Program-made: the position numbers and the translations under genes
The notes under the pieces: model-generated
The model's database searches: none
Seen by the model: the letters and a program-made list of their open reading frames with translations, nothing else
What the model was told of the DNA's origin: nothing
Assembly: GCA_964510585.1 (NCBI GenBank)
Contig: CAZECW010000212.1
Span: 1-32,000, forward strand
Direction: 5' to 3'
DNA: 32,000 nucleotides
DNA from: an uncultured archaeon
Lineage (GTDB): Archaea > Asgardarchaeota > Jordiarchaeia > Jordiarchaeales > Jordiarchaeaceae
Part shown: one piece after another, positions 26,361 through 32,000 of the stretch
How positions within the stretch are numbered: the stretch's first letter is position 1
Layout of the letters: each line of letters opens with the position of its first letter

Positions 26361-28061
26361 ATGTCTAAGATTTCTCAGGAATATTTTCCAAAACTTTTAG
26401 AGTTAGCTGCAAAGGTGGATACTCCTAAATGGTTCTACAAGTCTTCGGGTTTTATTGATGAGGAATTGGGGCGTCCACTCATAGGTATTGTGAATACCTG
26501 GCAGGAGGCCACATTGGGACACATGCATCTGAGGCAGGTGGCGGACGCCGTTAAGGCAGGAGTTTACCTTGGTGGTGGTACTCCCATAGAGTTTAATTTG
26601 ATGGGGCCCTGCACAGGGTATTCAGAGGCAACTCGTAATTATCGTTTTGATCTTCCGCAGAGAGATGCGATTGCGGATTCTATGGAGATTCAACTCGAAG
26701 TTCTTAGATGCAAGGGTATTGTTTGTATAGCCACCTGTGACAAGGAGATTCCCGGTGTTTGGTTGGGAGCAGCGAGAAAGGATCTTCCCACAATTATTAT
26801 TACTGGTGGGCCGGCTCTACCTGGAAAGTTTAGGGGAGAGGACATAACTTTTCCTACAGATTGTCTGGTGCCCTGCGCACGCGAAGTTATTTTGGGAAAA
26901 ATGTCTGAGGAGGAATTTTGGAGTATTACCCGTAAAATGGAGGAGGAATGGGTTTCCACATGTGGTGCCTGTCCCGAGATGACCACCTCAAACACGCTTC
27001 AAATGTTGTCTGAAGCTCTGGGCCTTTCTTTACCCGGAGCAAATACTGCTCCCGCGGTTAGTATGAAAAAAATTAGGTTCGCTAAAAAAACAGGCATCCA
27101 AATAGTGAAACTGGTGGAGAATCAGTTAAACTTCTCAAAAATTGTAACCAAGAAATCATTAGAGAATGCTATAAGGGTTCTTATGGCAGTTTCTGGGGGA
27201 ACAAATGGCGTCTTGCACCTTTTAGCACTGGCAAATGAGCTCAAATTGGACGTTACACTGGAGGATTTTGACCGCCTTGGCAAAACCACGAAGTATCTTT
27301 CACACCTCAGGCCCAGCGGACCCTACACTGTAGTCGATTTTGACAATGCAGGAGGAGTACCCGCCCTAATGAAAGAATTGGAAAAAGACCTAAATCTCGA
27401 TTGCATAACAGTTACCGGAAAAACAGTCAGAGAAAACCTCGCAGACGCCAAAGTTCTGAATCGAGAAGTAATAAGACCCAGAACAAACCCCATACTCAAC
27501 GAGGGGGGAATAGCTGTCCTTAGAGGAAACCTCGCCCCCAATGGTGCCGTAACCCGATTTACTGTGGTTAAGAAGGAACTCCACGAGTTCGAGGGCCCTG
27601 CCAAGGTTTTTGACACCGAGGAGGAAGCCATGTTGGCCATAGCATCCGGAAACATTAAGTCCGGTGACGCTGTTGTGGTTAGATATCAGGGGCCTAGAGG
27701 AGCACCGGGCATGCCAGACAATCTAGTGGTAGTTTTTATGGTGAGCATGATGGCGCTGGAGAACGTGGCAGTGGTTAGTGACGGAAGATTCTCTGGAACA
27801 ACCATAGGGGCATTATACGTTGGACATGTTTCACCAGAAGCATTTGTGGGAGGGCCAATCGCTGTTGTTGAGAACGATGACCTGATCAAAATTAGTATAG
27901 CGAAAAGAAGAATCGATGTTAGCCTCACAGATAAGGAGATTAAAGAAAGATTGACTAATTGGAAACCGCCAGAACCAAAAGTGAAGAAGGGAGTTCTTGT
28001 AAGCTGGCTGGAAACCGCTGAGCAAGCAGAAAAGGGCGCAGTGCTAAAACGCCACCTATAA
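26361..28061 (+). CDS. IlvD/Edd family dehydratase, divergent paralog (possibly a sugar-acid or other dihydroxy-acid dehydratase)
   Basis: LGHMHL, GPCTG, TCDKEIPG, GACPEMTTSNT, GGTNGVLHL, YQGPRGAPGMP, SDGRFSG, GHVSPEA. Confidence 0.9.
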   Translation: MSKISQEYFPKLLELAAKVDTPKWFYKSSGFIDEELGRPLIGIVNTWQEATLGHMHLRQVADAVKAGVYLGGGTPIEFNLMGPCTGYSEATRNYRFDLPQRDAIADSMEIQLEVLRCKGIVCIATCDKEIPGVWLGAARKDLPTIIITGGPALPGKFRGEDITFPTDCLVPCAREVILGKMSEEEFWSITRKMEEEWVSTCGACPEMTTSNTLQMLSEALGLSLPGANTAPAVSMKKIRFAKKTGIQIVKLVENQLNFSKIVTKKSLENAIRVLMAVSGGTNGVLHLLALANELKLDVTLEDFDRLGKTTKYLSHLRPSGPYTVVDFDNAGGVPALMKELEKDLNLDCITVTGKTVRENLADAKVLNREVIRPRTNPILNEGGIAVLRGNLAPNGAVTRFTVVKKELHEFEGPAKVFDTEEEAMLAIASGNIKSGDAVVVRYQGPRGAPGMPDNLVVVFMVSMMALENVAVVSDGRFSGTTIGALYVGHVSPEAFVGGPIAVVENDDLIKISIAKRRIDVSLTDKEIKERLTNWKPPEPKVKKGVLVSWLETAEQAEKGAVLKRHL

Positions 28062-28140
28062 AGAACTTACAGCAAATGGGCGCTTCGCTGTTGTGGTTAC
28101 ATAATAATTATTTGAATCTCCTTCATGAGAAGTGAATTAA

Positions 28141-29259
28141 GTGGGGTGTATTCTGATGAGTGGTGATGTTGTCTATATTGATGTGGCGACGCTTCGCAAT
28201 TTTATGGTTGATGTTTTTGTTGGTGTGGGTGTTCCGCGCGTGGACGCTGATATTTGCGCCGAGGTTTTGATTACCTCTGATCTTTGGGGTATTGATTCTC
28301 ACGGCATCCAAAGGTTGAAAATGTACTACGACCGCATAAAGGAGGGAAAACAGCTCCCTATCACAAAAATCAGCATTGTGAGGGAGGGTCCTACGACTGC
28401 TCTCATTGATGGCGGAAACGGTATGGGCCACGTGGTGGCTTACCGCGCTATGCAAATGGCCATCGCTAAGGCTAAAGAGTATGGCACCGGGGCTGTCGCT
28501 GTGAGGAACTCTAACCATTTCGGTATAGCAGGCTACTATGCTTTGATGGCGGTGAGGGAGGGAATGGTGGGGATGGCAGTTACAAATGCTAGACCCGCCG
28601 TTGCTCCCACGTTTGGAGTGGAGCCAATGCTGGGGACCAATCCTTTAACTTTTGGCTGCCCCACAGACGAGGAGTTTCCCTTCCTAATCGATTGTGCCAC
28701 ATCTATTACCCAGAGAGGAAAAATAGAAGTTTTAGACAGGCTCGGTGAACCCACCCCTGAAGGCCTAGTTATCGATGCCAACGGTGAACCTCTAACTGAC
28801 ACCAAGTCTATACTTAAAGGTCTAATCGAGGGCACCGCTGCACTTCTACCACTTGGCGGATTGGGCGAAACTACTGGAGGACACAAGGGCTACGGCTACT
28901 CCACCCTAGTTGAGATTCTCAGCGCCGCTTTTGGAGGCGGCCCCTATCTTAAGGGTCTCGCTGAGGCTGATAGGGACAAGAAAACCCCTTACAGGTTGGG
29001 CCACTTCTTTCTCGCCATAAATGTTTCCAGTTTCACATCCCTGGAGGAATTTAAGCGTACGGCGGGAAACATTGTGAGGCAGCTGAGAAGCTCCAAGAAG
29101 GCCCGGGGTCAGACTAGGATTTTCACCGCTGGCGAAAAAGAATACGAGAAGCAAAAGGAGAGACTAAAAACAGGCATACCCATAAATCCCAACCTGCAAA
29201 AGGACATACTAGTAATGAAGAATGAACTCGGCCTAAACCAGTACCAGTTCCCCTTCTGA
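28141..29259 (+). CDS. Ldh_2 family oxidoreductase (malate / L-lactate / L-sulfolactate dehydrogenase-like; true start probably ATG 28156)
   Basis: GIDSHG, IDGGNGMG, NSNHFG, MLGTNP, DCATS, GHKGYG, GHFFLAIN. Confidence 0.92.
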   Translation: MGCILMSGDVVYIDVATLRNFMVDVFVGVGVPRVDADICAEVLITSDLWGIDSHGIQRLKMYYDRIKEGKQLPITKISIVREGPTTALIDGGNGMGHVVAYRAMQMAIAKAKEYGTGAVAVRNSNHFGIAGYYALMAVREGMVGMAVTNARPAVAPTFGVEPMLGTNPLTFGCPTDEEFPFLIDCATSITQRGKIEVLDRLGEPTPEGLVIDANGEPLTDTKSILKGLIEGTAALLPLGGLGETTGGHKGYGYSTLVEILSAAFGGGPYLKGLAEADRDKKTPYRLGHFFLAINVSSFTSLEEFKRTAGNIVRQLRSSKKARGQTRIFTAGEKEYEKQKERLKTGIPINPNLQKDILVMKNELGLNQYQFPF

Positions 29260-29510
29260 TAAAAACGGGATTTTGGGCAATCACCAGAAAGGAGAGCATT
29301 TTAACATTTTCTAATTTGAAGCATTTCTCATTCAATAACAATAAAAGTACTGGGAGAAATGGGAACGATAATCCCCTATATATTTCTTTGTGGGAATTTA
29401 GTTGTGGTTATTGGTTTCATGGTTTTTGGTTCTCTTTGCATGATAATTTTTTAATATTTTAAGAGTTACTATAGGACAACCCAAAAAGGTGTTTTTATGG
29501 GAGGCTATTT

Positions 29511-30515
29511 ATGCCGGTGAGTGTTACCTGTGTGGGAATAATGGTGGTGGACTTCATAGCAGCAGACCTGCAAAGGGTTTCAGCTCCGGGGGAGGTTACA
29601 TTCACTCCAGTTGGGATGCACATAGGTGGGCATGCGGCTAATGTTTCAATAGATCTAGTAAAGCTTGGATTAAAGAGGGGAGAAGTAAGCAGTATAGGTT
29701 CGGTGGGGGAAGATTTGCTGGGAACCTTTGTGGAACAGAACCTAAACAGTTTTGGGGTGGTTACCCATTTAATTCGGACGCGTAAGGCGGATACTTCAAA
29801 AGACATAATATTGGTGGTTAGGGGGGAGGATAGGAGGTTCCACTTTGATGTGGGAGCCAACCTCTACTTGGACCCCGAATTTGTGAAGGGAGTACTCAAG
29901 TCTGAAAAGCCCCTCATACTTTATGTGGGTGCTGTGGGTCTTTTGGGCGAGTTTGACGAGAAGCTACTAGAAGTTCTCAAAATGGCTAAAGAACTGGGCT
30001 GCTTAACTTTCCTTGATCCCATCAGACCCTACAGTAAGGGTTGGGACTTTCTGGTAAGTGCGACTCCCCTAATAGACATATTCCACTGCAACAATTTGGA
30101 AGCCGCAGAAATCACCGGCAAAGAACAGTTGAGAGATGCTGTGAAGGAATTAGCAAATCTGGGAGTTAAAATGGCTGTAGTAAGCATAGGCGATAAAGGC
30201 CTGGTCGCAGCCTACGAAGGAGAAATATACTCTATGCCCGCCTTCAAGGTGGACGCCATAGACCCTACTGGAGCTGGAGACGCCTTCTGCGCCGGCTTCA
30301 TCAAAAAATTACTAGATTTGAAGGGTAAAACACTGAATGAAGGAATCAAACTGAATGAAGCCCAGCTTTTGGAGGTTCTAGCTTATGGAGAGGCTGCGGG
30401 TGCCGTCTGCGTTACGGCGCCGGGCACTACCACTGCGGTGGATAAGATGAAGGTTGAGAAACTGCTAAAAGAACAGGGCGAAAAAGTCCTATCAAAAGTG
30501 AAAAAAGTAAAATAA
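29511..30515 (+). CDS. PfkB/ribokinase family carbohydrate kinase
   Basis: IGGHAANVSIDLVKLG, GSVGEDLLG, NNLEA, DPTGAGDAFCAG signature; GGAGG SD. Confidence 0.93.
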   Translation: MPVSVTCVGIMVVDFIAADLQRVSAPGEVTFTPVGMHIGGHAANVSIDLVKLGLKRGEVSSIGSVGEDLLGTFVEQNLNSFGVVTHLIRTRKADTSKDIILVVRGEDRRFHFDVGANLYLDPEFVKGVLKSEKPLILYVGAVGLLGEFDEKLLEVLKMAKELGCLTFLDPIRPYSKGWDFLVSATPLIDIFHCNNLEAAEITGKEQLRDAVKELANLGVKMAVVSIGDKGLVAAYEGEIYSMPAFKVDAIDPTGAGDAFCAGFIKKLLDLKGKTLNEGIKLNEAQLLEVLAYGEAAGAVCVTAPGTTTAVDKMKVEKLLKEQGEKVLSKVKKVK

Positions 30516-30522
30516 ATAGTAG

Positions 30523-30541
30523 AATAAAAGATTTTTTTATT
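30523..30541. terminator. Probable bidirectional A/T-tract terminator between convergent genes
   Basis: AATAAAA-gattt-TTTTATT inverted repeat inside the 32-nt gap between two stop codons. Confidence 0.5.
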
Positions 30542-30547
30542 GTGGGT

Positions 30548-31999
30548 TTATGCTTTTTCTCCCTCGTATGCGCCCTGGAACTCTTTTCTGAGTACTTTTT
30601 TGAGGATTTTTCCGCTGGGATTCTTGGGAAGTGTATCCAGGATTATTACCTTTTTGGGTACTTTGTATCCTGCTAGGTTTTGTTTGCAGTATTGGATGAT
30701 TTCCTCTTCTGTTAGGGTTTGGTTTGGTTTGGGCACTACGAAGGCGGTGACTGCTTCCACCCATTTTGCATGTGGGAGACCAACCACGGTTGCTTCAGCT
30801 ACTTTGGGATGTCTGAATATTACTCCCTCAACTTCAACGGTTGAAACGTTTTCTGCTCCAGTTTTTACAATGTCCTTCTTTCTGTCTACAAAGTAGAAGT
30901 ATCCCTCTTCATCCATTATTCCTAGGTCTCCGGTGTGCAGCCACCCGTTTCTGAAGACTTCCGCGGTTTTCTTGGGTTCCTTGTAGTATCCCAGCATTAC
31001 GGAGGGGCTTCTAATAACCAGCTCTCCAATTGTTCCTGGGGGCACCTCATTATCATTCTCGTCAAACACCTTCATTTCCACGGTGTGGTGGGGTTGCCCT
31101 ATTGGTTCTGCTCCACCATACTTTTCATTTGCCTCCCTTAGTTTTCTTATGAAGTCGGGGTGCTGAATGGTTGTTCCCAGGGGTGTGGATTCGGACTGTC
31201 CATAATAATTCATGAAGTAAACGTTGGGGAGTAGTTCCATAAGTTTGGTCAGACTAGCCTCTGCTATGGGGGAGCCAAAAACGATGGCCTTCTTTACGCT
31301 TCCAAAGGCTTTACCCAGAAATTCAGCCAGATTAGGTATGTTTAGTGAGAGTAGGTTGGTGAAAACTGTTGGGGGATAAACTATGGATGTCACTTTCTCG
31401 TTCTGAATTAGGGAAATAATTTCTATGGGGCTGGGCTCATGGTGCATAATCACTCTGGCTCCCGCCGCCAGAGTTGCGAAAAATAGGTATTGTCCCGCTA
31501 CGTGGTAGAGGGGTATGGAGTCTATTACGGTGTCTTCCCTGGTCATGTGCAAATCTACTGGGGCGCTCATGAATGTGGAGTACCAATTGCCGTGGGTGTT
31601 GAGAACTCCCTTGGGCATAGCTTCTGTTCCACTGGTATACATGAGGGTTAAAACGTCATCCGCATTTATTATTACTTCGGGTTCAGTGTCTGGATACTTG
31701 TCTGACATAAGGTCGTCGAAATCGATCCAGCCTTTGGGAAGTTTCACTTCGTTCTTGAGGTTTATCATGCTGTATATTTTCACGCTGGGCATTTCTTTTG
31801 CGAGTTCCTTGACGTGTTCAACTAAATCGTCTTCTACGAAGAGAATTTTTGGCTTGGCGTGGTTTATTAGATCAGTAATCTCTTTTCCTCTAAGGGCAAA
31901 GTTTAGGGGGCATATCCAAGCTCCAATTTTCGCTATTCCGTAGAGGTACACTCCCATCTGTACACTGTTGTGCGAAATTATGCCTACAATGTCCCCCTT
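30548..31999 (-). CDS. AMP-forming acyl-CoA synthetase (5' truncated by the window edge)
   Basis: Frame is open to the window edge (KGDIVGIISHNSVQMGVY...); MYTSGTEAMPKG, NYYGQSE, WLHTGDLG, DRKKDIVKTG, NPSGKILK. Confidence 0.95.
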   Translation of the reverse strand, partial: KGDIVGIISHNSVQMGVYLYGIAKIGAWICPLNFALRGKEITDLINHAKPKILFVEDDLVEHVKELAKEMPSVKIYSMINLKNEVKLPKGWIDFDDLMSDKYPDTEPEVIINADDVLTLMYTSGTEAMPKGVLNTHGNWYSTFMSAPVDLHMTREDTVIDSIPLYHVAGQYLFFATLAAGARVIMHHEPSPIEIISLIQNEKVTSIVYPPTVFTNLLSLNIPNLAEFLGKAFGSVKKAIVFGSPIAEASLTKLMELLPNVYFMNYYGQSESTPLGTTIQHPDFIRKLREANEKYGGAEPIGQPHHTVEMKVFDENDNEVPPGTIGELVIRSPSVMLGYYKEPKKTAEVFRNGWLHTGDLGIMDEEGYFYFVDRKKDIVKTGAENVSTVEVEGVIFRHPKVAEATVVGLPHAKWVEAVTAFVVPKPNQTLTEEEIIQYCKQNLAGYKVPKKVIILDTLPKNPSGKILKKVLRKEFQGAYEGEKA

Positions 32000-32000
32000 C

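Noticed and set aside
110-31943. Numerous short antisense or alternate-frame ORFs in the track (e.g. 734..955, 4826..5242, 17591..17950, 18483..18875, 22707..23063, 25069..25443, 28123..28518, 29495..29860, 31515..31943)
   Set aside because: They lie almost entirely within well-supported genes on the other strand or frame and have no motifs; expected shadow ORFs.
1-32000. CRISPR array, tRNA, rRNA, IS element or integrase
   Set aside because: No regularly spaced repeats, cloverleaf or TTCGAATC-type T-arm context, terminal inverted repeats, or transposase/recombinase ORFs were seen by eye; tRNAscan-SE and Infernal were not run.

Overview
Archaeal genomic window. Evidence: TTTATA-type TATA boxes, GGAGGTGA/GAGG Shine-Dalgarno sites, oligo-T terminators, and MtmB, tungsten AOR-family, LipS1/LipS2 and AbrB-VapC genes. 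The gene content suggests an anaerobic heterotroph, resembling Asgard (Jordarchaeia/Freyarchaeota-like) or Bathyarchaeia genomes; this taxonomy is inference only. In order, the window holds: the 3' part of a pyrrolysine-free MtmB-family methyltransferase; a three-gene FAD-oxidoreductase / HdrD-GlcF-like CCG Fe-S protein / FAD-oxidoreductase operon; a small defence islet (TdeIII/MjaII-like REase with a convergent N4-C MTase, a VapC remnant, an intact AbrB-VapC pair, a gene remnant); an AbfD/HpaB-fold flavoprotein lacking the canonical cluster ligands plus DUF362, divergent from an acyl-CoA ligase; an ~11.7 kb minus-strand block (serine hydrolase, two paralogous unknown membrane proteins, PEBP, ferredoxin, atypical AOR, IlvD, ferritin-like protein, LipS2-LipS1-lipoate ligase); a plus-strand divergent IlvD, Ldh_2 dehydrogenase and PfkB kinase; and the 3' part of a second acyl-CoA synthetase. 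I saw no rRNA, tRNA, CRISPR array or transposase. The most interesting signals are several enzymes with familiar folds but changed catalytic or cofactor residues, and a strong 5' G/T-rich to 3' A/C-rich gradient along transcription units. Family assignments and reference motifs are recalled from memory; no searches were run.
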